A DNA stretch of 64,000 bases from an uncultured Gammaproteobacteria bacterium (GTDB lineage Bacteria; Pseudomonadota; Gammaproteobacteria; UBA9214). This document shows, one piece after another, positions 49,038 through 59,575 of this stretch; position 1 is the first letter of the stretch; every line of letters begins with the position of its first letter. The position numbers and the translations under genes are program-made. The stretch covers positions 315,526 to 379,525 of the forward strand of contig CAVYZN010000032.1 of the NCBI GenBank assembly GCA_963773065.1, in the 5' to 3' direction. The notes beneath the pieces were generated by a model, which did no database searches, was not told the origin of the DNA, and worked only from the letters and a program-made list of their open reading frames with translations.

Positions 49038-51002
49038 TTAGGGAAGCATCTCCAGCGGCACCGGGAACACCGAATCGCCGCCGACCGCTCCTCCGTTCAG
49101 GCTGACCCAGAGGTCGGTATGATCGTGCAGCGCGCGGTAATAGTTGACCTTCTCCTCGAGACGATTGAGGAAGGCAACCTGTTGCTTGGTGGGCCAGCTC
49201 TGCCAGTCCTCCAGCGACAAGCCGAGCACCTCGCCGGTGTAAGGGAGGTCCTCGATGTATTCCCGCATGAAGCCCAGATCAGCAAGACTGTTGCCCTCGC
49301 CCGCCGTGGTGGCCGTGGTGGCTCCGATCTGTTCGGGTGTGCGCGACAGGGTCGCGGCGAGGCTCTTCAGCTCGTTGAGGAAGTTCTGGGGCGAGAGCAG
49401 CCCCTCCTCGGCCTTCCCGAGCACCTGCGTGAGCACGTCGTTCAGGTCCGAGAGCTGGTCACGGGTGAGCAGCACTCTCACGTCCAGGGTGGGGCGGGCG
49501 GGATCGCGGAAGTCGCGGTCCAGCAGCCAGGCGTCGAACACGTCGGGCACCCGGCCGCCCTGGGTTTTCTGCAGATAACGCAGGCGCAGGGCGTAGCCGA
49601 GCTTCGCCACCTTGGATTGCAGTTCAGCCAGTTTCACATCGGCGCTTGCCGCCGGCGCCGGGGACTCCTTGCCGGCGGCGGCCAACCGCACCTGCTCGGT
49701 GATCTGACCGGCCAGCGAATCCACCGCCGTGCCGAACTCCCCGACGTCTCCGGTGGGCACGCCGTAGTAAAGACTGCCGATGCCCGGAAAGTCGGCCAGC
49801 CGCCGATACGGCTTGGCGTCGGCGTCGTGGTCCGCCATACTTGGCCGGGGTCAGCAAATGCAGCACGAAGATGGCGATGCCCTTGTCCTGGGCGAGTTGC
49901 CGCAGGCTCTCGGGCCCCAGGCGGGTGGTGGAGAGCGGGTCATCGGCATCGCGCGGGCCGGCATCGGTCACCAGCACGATATAGCGGGCCGCGATAGCCT
50001 TTCCAGTCCATCGCCTCGATCGCCTCCTTGACGCCGGCGTAGGAATCCTCGATGAAGTCCTGGTTCGAGAACGGGGCGGCCTGCACCGAGTTCACCCGCG
50101 AAAGGAAACCCGCCGCATCGCGGCCCTGCTGCAGATTGACATAGGTGCGCACCAGGTAGTCCTGCGGGGGCTTGTGGCTGGCGGCCAGGTTGTCGCGAAA
50201 GGCGACCAGGCCGAAGTTCACCTGACCGAGCTGGCCGGCGGCGCTCAGGGTGTCATAGATTTTCTTCACCGCCTCGCGGGTGCGCTCGATGTAGGGTTGC
50301 ATGGACAGGGTGGTGTCGATGACGAACACCAGCCCCGCGGTGTAGGCTCCGCGGCTGCTCGCCCGCCTTGCCGGCGGACACCGGCTCGCTGTTCAGCGGG
50401 ACGCTCGAGACTTCCAGCAGGCGCGCCGGTTCGCTGCCCAGATACGCGTCCTCGTAATGGCGGATGGGCACGAGATAGAAATCTTCCCGGATGTCGATGT
50501 AACCGGACGGTTGGATGGCGACCACGGGCGAGTCGGCGGACAACTGTCCCTGCTCCGCCTCGTGGTAGAGCTTGTCATATGCCGCCAGGTCGCGCTGCTG
50601 AACGAGCCGGCGCAGGGAGTCGCGGTCCTTGTAGAGCAGCGCCCGATCATGGCCCGCCGGATCGCGGAAGGCGGCCGTCAGTCCGTGGTTCCACTCGATG
50701 GTGCTGGCGTCGGGCAGCCAGCCCGCGCGCGTGCCGTGCTGATCGGTGCCGACCTCGATCCACCGCGTGCCGTCCAGCTCGCGGCGCGTATAGACATAGA
50801 AGGCGGTAAACGGCGTCACCGCCTCGCTCCCCGGTCCGCCGGGTTTGGCGGACAGCCGGGCGCCGGGAACGGCGAGTACGCGCTGATATAGCGTGTGTTT
50901 GCCCGCGATCAGCAGCGGCTTGTCCGCGCCATCGGCCGGTTCCGCGGCCATCGCCAGCAGCGGCATCACGGCGAGCGCCAGCGCCAGCAGAAATTTTGTC
51001 AT
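49038..51002 (-). CDS. secreted vWA-domain protein resembling the PpkA periplasmic region (frameshifts near 50345, 49990 and 49840)
   Basis: signal peptide MTKFLLALALAV; PLLIAGKHTLYQRVL, FVIDTTLSMQPYI (MIDAS), GLVAFRD, VTDAG, VLLTRDQLSDL, LPY, VPLEMLP. Confidence 0.82.
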
Positions 51003-51024
51003 GATCTCAACCTCCCGAAAAGAA

Positions 51025-51630
51025 CTAGTGCAATTGAAGCAGCAGGCGCTGGGCCTGTTCGTCACCGGCCGCGGCAGCCTGCTCCGTTTGTTTGCGCAGC
51101 GCCTTAAGACGCGATGCGGCCTCCTTGTTGCCATCCGCAACCGCCATGCGATACCACTTGATGGCCTGCTCGGGTTCCGGGACCGGCAGGATGCTGTTGG
51201 CGGCGGAGTGGTAGGCCGGATCGGCCTGGGTCCCGAGGGCAAGGGCGGCGCGCGCCTCGCCATGATTGGCGGCATAGCGATACAGCAGGTAGGCGTCATC
51301 CAGATTACCAGCTTGCTGCTGTTGTTCCGCGTCGGCGAAAACTTTACCCGGATCGGGCTCCGCGCCATCGGCACGCAAACCGGCAATGATGGCCCGCGCC
51401 CGGTCGCCGCCCCTTGCGGCTGCCGTACTCCCGCCCGCCGGAGACGGCGGCGCCTGGTTCGCATCCAGTGGCGCGGCCGGCGGTTGCGGCAGGGAGGGCG
51501 GCGCTTCCTTTTCGCCCGGCACCAGCCAGATGGCAATGAGGGTTATGACGGCGACCAGTGCTATCAGCAACTCGGTGCGCAGGGAGACCAATCCACCTTT
51601 CCGGTAAGTTGGTTCTTCGTCCTTTGCCAC
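51025..51630 (-). CDS. single-TM, Pro-rich-linker, Sel1-like repeat protein
   Basis: TM LLIALVAVITLIAIWL, Pro-rich stalk, AYLLYRYAANHGEARAALALG, QAIKWYRMA; AGGAGG RBS. Confidence 0.8.
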   Translation of the reverse strand: MAKDEEPTYRKGGLVSLRTELLIALVAVITLIAIWLVPGEKEAPPSLPQPPAAPLDANQAPPSPAGGSTAAARGGDRARAIIAGLRADGAEPDPGKVFADAEQQQQAGNLDDAYLLYRYAANHGEARAALALGTQADPAYHSAANSILPVPEPEQAIKWYRMAVADGNKEAASRLKALRKQTEQAAAAGDEQAQRLLLQLH

Positions 51631-51866
51631 GGTGACACCTCCCTTGCGTTTGCTTAACCGGGGGGCATTATGGCGAATCTCCAGGCCGGGTAAAAGACCG
51701 AATTCTGACGAATACAGAAAACCCTTGCGAAACAGTGGACACGGACCGCCGGTCAGTCTCGCGCTCGCCCTGGATCAGGGCTCGAAGCCCGCCGGAAGCG
51801 GCGCGGCAAGACTCCGATTTGACTCTGAATGGCACTTTCCTAGGCGGCTCCATCATCGATAAAGAT

Positions 51867-51991
51867 GTGGGTTAGGTATGTCATTGGCGCCGTAATCCAC
51901 CGGATGTGCCGCCAGGCATTCACAAAAATAGTTGTGTTGTGTTGCTGCGCAACGCTTGGTGGGTTACGCGAAAAACGCTAACCCACCTTAC
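51867..51991. repeat. REP doublet (REPIN-like)
   Basis: gtgggttagg...cgtaatccacc and ggtgggttacgcg-aaaa-cgctaacccaccttac in inverted arrangement. Confidence 0.65.
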
Positions 51992-52015
51992 CTTTCGGCT
52001 TACCGGAAATTCAAG

Positions 52016-52058
52016 GGGCCGGTGACGCGTGGTGGTGATGGCGTTGCGTCACCGGCCC
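52016..52058 (-). terminator. hairpin downstream of the VPLPA-CTERM gene
   Basis: 13-bp IR gggccggtgacgc / gcgtcaccggccc. Confidence 0.5.
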
Positions 52059-52065
52059 GTGTCAG

Positions 52066-52509
52066 TCATGCATTTTTTCGCCGACCGATCAGAGTCAGAC
52101 CGACCAGAGCGGAGGCGAACAGGAAGGATGCGGGAGGGAGGGGTATGGCCGTGATCTGAACCCCGAAGGCGCCCAATCCGCCAGAACCCGGTATCGCCGC
52201 GAGGTGCGCCATAATCGTCCCCGGAACAGGGACATCGAAAATGAACGAACCGGTGTCGAAGCGGAATCCCAGTGGATCGAGGTTCTGCGTGATTGCCAAC
52301 GCCAGGATGTTGAAGGGGACGGGAAACTCAAAATCCACCAGCGAGGCTTTGTAAGTCCCTGCCGCCACATTGATCGGCGTGCTTGAGATGGTGTTGCCAG
52401 AAACCACCTGGAAATCCTCGTAGACTACCGTCGAGGCCTGGGCGTTGCAGATGCCCAGTGCAAGCACTACGAACCCCATGATGAAATGCCTATACCAATA
52501 CCGTTTCAT
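52066..52509 (-). CDS. VPLPA-CTERM (PEP-CTERM class) sorted surface protein
   Basis: signal peptide ending NAQA; C-terminal IPLPPASFLFASALVGLTLIGRRK. Confidence 0.85.
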   Translation of the reverse strand: MKRYWYRHFIMGFVVLALGICNAQASTVVYEDFQVVSGNTISSTPINVAAGTYKASLVDFEFPVPFNILALAITQNLDPLGFRFDTGSFIFDVPVPGTIMAHLAAIPGSGGLGAFGVQITAIPLPPASFLFASALVGLTLIGRRKNA

Positions 52510-53024
52510 TGATTTACCTCCAGTGATTTTCAGGGCGACTCGATGTTTCCCTTAAGACCCATAAGCGCACCTCAGCCGGAAAAGTGGACCTGCGTCTTGA
52601 CCGGTGACGGTGTACCCGTGGCGAGTTACGTCCTTGACAGGGAGCTGTCGTTACACAAGGCCACATACCCGTGGCCAACAGGGACACAGCCTATCCGGCG
52701 GACACCGGTGTTGCTGTGACTGGTCACGCAACGCCAGGTGTGACGTCTGTTGCATTTCCACGATGGCGCGCAGCGGCAGGCTGGAATGGAAGATGCGGCG
52801 CCGGTCTCGGATTTTGGCTCTGCTCACGAGCCGGCATCGGCCTGGCGTGTCTCGATGCAGGCGTCAGCGCTCGGCTGGATCTCGTTCACCTTCCGCGACA
52901 ACAATAAGGATGTAGCCCGTGCATCGCCCTCGATGAGGGCGGGAATGCCCAATCGGTTGAAGTGCTAAACTTTAGTCCTTATGGCTCTTTTCCCGACCGT
53001 ATGAAACACACAAGGAGTATCCCC

Positions 53025-54035
53025 ATGATCCAAGCCTACGCCGTCAAGCAACCCAAGGGCCGCCTCGAACGCATCGCCTACGATCCCGGTGCGCTGGAGT
53101 CCGATCAGGTCGAGATCGATGTCATCGCCTGCGGGGTGTGTCACTCCGATTTGTCCATGGTGAACAGCGAATGGGGCGACATCGGCTATCCGCTCGTCCC
53201 CGGCCATGAAGTCGTCGGGACCATCGCGCAACTCGGCGCGCACGTACAACACTTGAAGGTCGGTGACCGGGTCGGGCTGGGCTGGTTCAGCGGCAGTTGC
53301 ATGGTCTGCAACCAGTGCCTGAGCGGCAACCACAACCTGTGCCCGACCCGCGAGCAGACCATCGTCGGCCGCCACGGCGGATTCGCCGACAAGGTGCGCT
53401 GCAAGGCGGAGTGGGCGACGCCTCTGCCCGCGGGCATCGACATCAGGAAGGCCGGACCGCTGTTCTGCGGCGGCATCACGGTGTTCAATCCCCTGGTGCA
53501 GTTCGACGTCAGACCCACGCATCACGTCGGCGTCATCGGCATCGGCGGCCTGGGTCATCTCGCGTTGCAGTTTCTGAACAAGTGGGGCTGCGAAGTGACC
53601 GCGTTCACCTCCAGCGATGCCAAGCGCGACGAGGCCATGCAAATGGGCGCCCACCACGCCGTCAATTCGCGCGATGCCTCGCAACTGAAAAAGCTCGCCG
53701 GCTCGCTCGACTTCATCCTCTCCACCGTCGCCGTCGACCTCGATTGGGAATCCTACCTCGCCGCGCTCGCACCCAAGGGTCGTCTGCACATCGTGGGCGC
53801 CGCTCCGTCACCCATCCCGGCGCCCGCGTTCACGCTGATCGGCCATCAGCGCAGCCTCTCCGGCACGCCGGCGGGCTCTCCGTTTACCATCCGCACCATG
53901 CTCGATTTCTGCGCGCGCCACCGCATCGAGCCCGTGGTCGAGTATTTCCCGATGAGCCGGGTCAACGAGGCCCTGGCCCATCTCGCGGCGGGGAAGGCGC
54001 GCTACCGTATCGTGCTGGAGAACGATCGGGTGTGA
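53025..54035 (+). CDS. ahr: Zn-dependent NADPH aldehyde reductase (Ahr/YjgB)
   Basis: CGVCHSD, GHEVVG, CxxCxxC, GIGGLG, ARYRIVL; AAGGAG RBS. Confidence 0.88.
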   Translation: MIQAYAVKQPKGRLERIAYDPGALESDQVEIDVIACGVCHSDLSMVNSEWGDIGYPLVPGHEVVGTIAQLGAHVQHLKVGDRVGLGWFSGSCMVCNQCLSGNHNLCPTREQTIVGRHGGFADKVRCKAEWATPLPAGIDIRKAGPLFCGGITVFNPLVQFDVRPTHHVGVIGIGGLGHLALQFLNKWGCEVTAFTSSDAKRDEAMQMGAHHAVNSRDASQLKKLAGSLDFILSTVAVDLDWESYLAALAPKGRLHIVGAAPSPIPAPAFTLIGHQRSLSGTPAGSPFTIRTMLDFCARHRIEPVVEYFPMSRVNEALAHLAAGKARYRIVLENDRV

Positions 54036-54146
54036 GAAGGAACAGGGACTTCAGGCAATGGCCCGAGGAGCGGGGACAATGGCAAAAGCGGACACCCATC
54101 AGCCGGCCGGGGTCGGTGAATTTCCCCGTAAGGCCCAGAGACACGC

Positions 54147-55795
54147 TTACCGGTCCGCATAGGCCGGCAGGGTCGTGAGCCGCTCATCGTCTATCGGGCC
54201 GCCGACGGTGAAGTGATAGAGATCCTGGAAGGCGGTGTCCGCGAGACCCAGCACCTCGTGCAGCGGGTCGTCGAAGAAGCAGCCGATGCCCGTGGCGCGC
54301 AGGCCCGCCGCTTCCGCTTCCAGGTAGAGCACCTGGCCGATGAGACCGGCCTCCCAATAGAGCCGCGGATAAAACCACGGGCCGTAACGTTCCAGCGGCG
54401 CGGTGAATTCCGCCAGCATCGCCAGACTGAAACACCCATCGCCGGCAATCTCCTGGTGACAGGAGATTTGCCGGGCGGCAGCCTCGGGTATCCGCCTCGA
54501 TGAGGCAATACAAGGGCAACTGTTGCGGGCATTCCGGCGGGCGCCGCCACGGGTCGGACTGGGTGAGTGCTTCTCGCAGCGCGCTGGTTCGCGCCGGGTC
54601 GCGCACCAGCAGGTACAGTCCCCTCGGCAGGTCGTCCACCCGGTGGACGAAGATCGCCAGATGAATGCTGGATTTCCAGGGCAGGGTGTTGAAAGGCACC
54701 GCGCCGGCGATGGCCAGCGTCCGGTGCAGCATCCGGTAGAACGTGTCGCGGGAAAGGCGGGTTTGTCCGTCCATGGCCACGGCACTGCGGCGCTGGCGAA
54801 TGATCCGGCGTAATGACAGCGGACGCGGTTCCCGCGGCCACGCCGCGGGCGGCGGCTGCAACGGCTCGTATTGAACCGCGGCACGCGGCTTGCGCACGCA
54901 TTCCGCCAGTTCCTCGATGCCCCAGTCAACGTGCGAGGGACTGAGCTGGTTGGGGCTGCCTTGCCATGCCAGCGCGGCGAACGAGGCCACCGGCGCGGCC
55001 GGCAGGCCGCTCGCCCGCGGTACGTCTTCCATCGGCGCACAGGCCATCAGCACATCCGGTTCCTCCCGCTCGGCAGCGTGAGGACGGAACGTCCCCATGA
55101 GCAAGGCCAGATCCTCCGCACCCAGCTCGTCCAACAGACTCGTCCGCCAACCCAGTCCGGCGGCCGCCAGGCTGATCGCGCCGATGGCGTGCCCCGCATC
55201 GTGCATGCAGTAACGATACGCGCGCTGGCCGTATTTCCAGGCCTCGCGCCAGTGTATGGAGGTGAGCCCGATAAAAACGGTGTGCCGGGGAAAACCGCCG
55301 CGGAGCGCGTCCCACAGCGCCGCGTCGAACTCCGCCAATACCTCGAGTGCATGCACCTCGGGCGCATAATGGCAGACCATGGCTTGCCCGCATAAGCCTT
55401 CAACGGGACCGCAAATCAGGTAGCCCTCGGTCGGGTGCAGATTGCCGCTGGAGGCATTGACCCGCAGCGCCCAACGGGTGTCACCGGTACTCTTCCAGGC
55501 GGAGAGCGCCAGGCTGTCATAAAAGAGCTGTGCAATGCTCCGCGCCGTCAGCGGGGCGCAGGGCGGATGTACTCCCGGTAGTAAAGATGGCGTCATAGCG
55601 GGGTTCCTCCGTCGGCGGGATGATGTCCAGCGGGATCAGCCGTGCGCCTGCGTAGCGACGGAACGGGTTTGGCTGGGTCGCCCAGTCCAGGAATCCCGGC
55701 CCCGGGGCATACGCATCGAACCGATGCTTGGTGGCCTGGTGATAATCGAACACCCGCTGCTGTCGATCGGAGTTATGGGGGGCGTTGTGTTTCAT
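54147..55795 (-). CDS. SagB/ThcOx family tandem nitroreductase-domain protein (frameshifts near 55590 and 54490)
   Basis: YHQATKH, LDWATQPNPFRRY, RVNASSGNLHPTE, WKYGQRAYRY, RQRRSA, ISCHQEIA, GIGCFFDD. Confidence 0.88.
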
Positions 55796-56106
55796 TACGA
55801 TCGTACCCTGGGCTTTCGGTTCAATGCCATTCACATTGGGATCAAATGCATTGTGACCTGTCTGCATTGCGCGACAACGCGGATTTGCGCGGCTCGCAAG
55901 CCACTGTGCCGCATCGGCAAATCCGCTAATGACAACGCTGTATCCCGAGGTCGGCATCCGGCGACATGTCGTGGTTTTGTACCAGTGTTGTTTGAGACCT
56001 AAGGACGGGAATTTACACGTTATTTTGATGCATAGATGCGACCGGCGCTCGGCGAGCGTCGCAAGGCGCAGACACTCGAAGCGAATCCGACTCATACCGA
56101 TTTCCA

Positions 56107-56153
56107 TAAGCAACTGATTTCCTGACGTTCCCTGAACAGGCGCGAACTTTGCA
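56107..56153 (+). promoter_or_regulatory. candidate sigma-54 promoter with upstream IHF-like site
   Basis: aGGcgcgaactttGCa (GG-N10-GC, 56138-56153); taagcaactgatt at 56107-56119. Confidence 0.45.
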
Positions 56154-56249
56154 GGGGGATACTGCTCGACACAGGGGAAGGGATCAGAGCCGCGACGTCG
56201 ACGCCTTCCTACACCGGCAACAAAGCACTGACACACAGCAGAGGCACCC

Positions 56250-57603
56250 ATGAAGAAGACGATGACATTGGCCGTTTGGATAGCAATGACCCTCAGCGCT
56301 GGAACTGCAATCTTCGGGGACGCCGCTGCAGATAACCGACGCGAGCGGTTTAGCCACACCGGCACGGTCGATCCAGAGGATCCTGCAGCGACTGTAGGCC
56401 AACGCGACCGGCAAGCTTCGACGCCGCGCAACATCACCGAAGCCCCGACCGGCTTCGACAACCTCAGCAACGGCTACCTGGACCAGGGGCCGGACTACGA
56501 GTCGCTTAATGAGGACACTGTCGTGCCCTTGCGGTCCTACAATGACAATCGCTTCCTCTTCGAGGAGGTTGAAACCAACGCTGACGGCCTGGGTCCAACA
56601 TTTAACGCGCAGAGCTGTCGCGAATGCCACCAGAACGTCGTCACCGGCGGGGCGAGTCAGGTCACGGAACATCGCACCGGACGCCTGAACGGCGATCAGT
56701 TCTACGAGTCCTTGGGCGGCTCGCTGATCCATTCGCGGGCTACCTATCCAGAAATCGTGGAGCGCGTGGCCTTCGAGGACGACATCCGAACTTTTCGCAT
56801 CTCGACCAGCACGCTCGGTGACGGCTTCGTCGAAGCGATTGCCAACGGCACCTTGCTTGCGATTCGAGATCGCCAACCGCAGGCCATGCGCGGCACCGCA
56901 GTGATGACACCGGTTCTCGAAGCCTCGGGCGCGGTCCGCATCGGCCGATTCGGGTGGAAGAGCCAGCATGCGAGCCTGGAATCTTTCTCAGCCGATGCCT
57001 ATCTCAATGAAATGGGCATCACCAGTCCGCTGCTCCCGGACGAGAACACGTCGAGCGGCCTCGATGTGAGTTACGGTACCGACTACGACTACGTTCCCGA
57101 CCCCGAGGACGACGACGGTGGACATCGTCGCTTTCGCCGATTTCATGCGCTCCACCAAAGCGCCGGCCCGCGGCCCCATCACCGCGGACGTGCGGACGGG
57201 CGAAGCGCTGTTCACGAACGTGGGCTGCGCGACCTGTCACGTACCGACCCTAGTCACGACGCCTCCCGGAACGGCGATCAACGGCGGCGCTTTTACCGTG
57301 CCGGAGGCGCTCGGCAACAAGACGATACACCCCTACAGTGACTTTCTTCTGCACGACATCGGCACGGGCGATGGCATTCCCGTGCTGCCGACGCCGGAAT
57401 ACGCCGTCACCGCGCAACAGATCCGCACGGCGCCCTTGTGGGGGCTTCGGACGCGCAATCGCCTCATGCACGACGGCCTCTCGTTCACCAAGCAGGAAGT
57501 GATTCAACGCCACAGCGGGCAGGCGAGCGCGGTAACACGGAAATACAATGCGCTGTCTCCCGAGGAGCAGGCGCTCGTGTTGGAGTTTCTGGACTCGCTA
57601 TGA
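56250..57603 (+). CDS. secreted di-heme oxidoreductase (DHOR) family protein (frameshift near 57115)
   Basis: signal peptide; GLGPTFNAQSCRECH, GRFGWK, NEMGITS, GCATCH, SDFLLHDIG, RTAPLWGLR, MHDG. Confidence 0.88.
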
Positions 57604-57867
57604 GAGTCAGGATTTGGCCGTCACAGCCTGTGCGCGTATCACGCTCCTTCCAGCCCTTTTGAGGATCGTCAAAGGGGATGTCGGCGCCCGGAATATTTCG
57701 GCTTGAGCGACATAATAAAGCACGCGTGGAAGGGCGGCGTCCTTTTCCGCTTTCACAAAACCATAACATAAACGCCACAGTTCCGTAGTGCGCCTTAGTT
57801 ATCCTTCCAGGCGTCGTTGGAAGGTCTTTATCGACCGAGGCCGGGCAACAGGAACAAGGAGGAGAGC

Positions 57868-58186
57868 ATGGGATTGGAACACCGCTGGAGTACGCGCAAG
57901 CAGGTCTGCCTGGAGGCCATCGTCTTTCATCACCCCCTGGGCCTCTTTCCGGTCAAAATACTGGACATCGGCCTGGAAGGGGCGTTCATCGCCGCCGAAC
58001 AGCTCAACCTGCCGGTTCCGGCGATCGTGGAATTGACCTTTGCCATGCGATATCGCAGACAAAAAAACCCTTTATCATATGAACGCCATGGTGATCCATC
58101 ACAGCCGCGGCGGCTACGGCGTGATGTTCAAGGAGTTCAAGCTCGAGGCCTTTCGGTCCCTTATGATTATGCTCTACGCGGCGTGA
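57868..58186 (+). CDS. stand-alone PilZ domain protein (frameshift near 58050-58075)
   Basis: EHRWSTR (RxxxR) and DIGLEG; continues MVIHHSRGGYGVMF in another frame. Confidence 0.8.
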
Positions 58187-58323
58187 CCCGGGGGGCGGTC
58201 GCGCTCGACCGGACGCACTGCAACGATGCCGGGTCTGAAAGTTTACGGGACATCAGTGACACTGGCCCCGGTGATGCTCGCGTTGACTTGCATGACTTCA
58301 GTTCATCCCGCCTCCGCAGCCGG

Positions 58324-58890
58324 TTATTGCACACCTGCGTTGGAAAAGTCCGCTGGCTTGGGCAGTTCCCCGCGCAGCAGCCACGTGTCCGGTTGGATCT
58401 GCCATTTGCCCTTGACCTTCTGGACGCGTATCGCCTCGGGCTGAAAGTCGACCCACTGAGACCACTGACCGCGTTGCCTGTTCACACTGGCGCCGAGGTC
58501 CGACATGCCCTCCAGGAGTATTCCCGGGTCCCCCGCCTCACGGCAGGGCGATGTCTTGAACGTCACTTCTCCCGCCCATTCGAACCCGTTCATCTTGTCC
58601 GATTCGCCGAGGTCGTGTGATCTGACGCCTTGCACCGTGATCTCGCGCACCTGCCGAAGATAATGATCGGGGGCGTATGGGCTGCCGGAGGTCCGGGCGG
58701 TGGTCCATCCCTCCGGCCCCTGCACCCAGTGCTGACTGACCTCCGCGAGGGCGGCCTCTGCCGCCTCCCGCTGGGCACCTGAAAAATTCTCCGCGCCATC
58801 GCCGCTGTCGCCTGACTTCCCGCAGCCGCTTGTCCCCAGGGCCATTGTTAGCGCCACCATGACGCCCCAAAGCGTACTTTTGCCGATCAT
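58324..58890 (-). CDS. putative lipoprotein
   Basis: hydrophobic signal with lipobox TSGC; normal coding bias. Confidence 0.72.
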   Translation of the reverse strand: MIGKSTLWGVMVALTMALGTSGCGKSGDSGDGAENFSGAQREAAEAALAEVSQHWVQGPEGWTTARTSGSPYAPDHYLRQVREITVQGVRSHDLGESDKMNGFEWAGEVTFKTSPCREAGDPGILLEGMSDLGASVNRQRGQWSQWVDFQPEAIRVQKVKGKWQIQPDTWLLRGELPKPADFSNAGVQ

Positions 58891-58910
58891 GCGAACCTCC
58901 TCGTTGAGGG

Positions 58911-58987
58911 ATAGGAACATTCTATTTTATTCCTTGGCACGTTTCCCTGAGTCTACGCTGGATAATTCAGAATATCCCTATTTAGTA
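58911..58987. repeat. GGGGACATTCT-family repeat, left copy flanking the TA module
   Basis: aacattctattttattccttggcacgtttccctgagtctacgctggataattcagaatatccctatttagta. Confidence 0.8.
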
Positions 58988-59062
58988 TAAGCCCCGACTT
59001 GATCCTGAGCAACATTGTGTTAATAAATTATGTACACGAGTGTTCAATCAAGGAGGTGCGCC

Positions 59063-59322
59063 ATGAGTCCTGCGATTCCGGAATCCGCGAGCTGCGCGAA
59101 AAACTGGCCGAGTATCTGGAATCCACCGTGCCCATCGAGGTGACCCGCCACGGTCAGACTGATCGGTTTTTACATCCCCGTGCCCAAAGAAGCCCACGCA
59201 GTCGGAACGCGATGCCCTGCTGGAAGCGGGACGGCGCATGCAGAAGGAGATAAACCGTCTGGGTATCACCGAGGACGCAACCTGGCCCGCGACTTCAAGG
59301 CATGGCGCAAGAAGCAGGGTAA
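59063..59322 (+). CDS. Phd/YefM family antitoxin (frameshifted)
   Basis: AGGAGG RBS; GIRELREKLAEYLE...IEVTRHGQT; TAATG coupling to the next gene. Confidence 0.78.
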
Positions 59323-59399
59323 TGCAGCATAAGCGTCTCGTCATCGACGCCAACATACTTATCCGCGCCGTGCTGGGTCAGCCGGGTGCGCCAGCGTAA
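59322..59399 (+). pseudogene. PIN/VapC toxin 5' remnant
   Basis: MQHKRLVIDANILIRAVLG, then ends at the repeat. Confidence 0.75.
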
Positions 59400-59474
59400 A
59401 AGCAACATTCCGATTTTATTTCCGGCACGTTTGCTTGAATCACGCGAGATAATTCAGAACGTCCCCATTTAGTA
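59400..59474. repeat. GGGGACATTCT-family repeat, right copy (direct repeat of 58911-58987)
   Basis: aacattccgattttatttccggcacgtttgcttgaatcacgcgagataattcagaacgtccccatttagta. Confidence 0.8.
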
Positions 59475-59575
59475 CCCTCCGAATAAGGTCTGCAAGCGTC
59501 ACCCTTTGCCCAAGATGGCGCTCTCGAACTTCTGCTCGTAGTAGGCTTGTTTGAGCCGGCTTTGTTGATTGTCAT
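59475..59575 (-). pseudogene. 5' remnant of a gene coupled to hsdMS, possibly an ABC-three-component system protein
   Basis: ATGA overlap with the hsdMS stop; reads (with indels) QQSRLKQAYYEQKFESA..AKGDA, then meets the repeat. Confidence 0.45.

Noticed and set aside
54147-55795. RiPP (azole) biosynthetic cluster
   Set aside because: The SagB-like gene has no YcaO, precursor peptide or dedicated transporter nearby
58911-59474. Integron attC sites
   Set aside because: No RYYYAAC...GTTRRRY boxes and no integron integrase in the window
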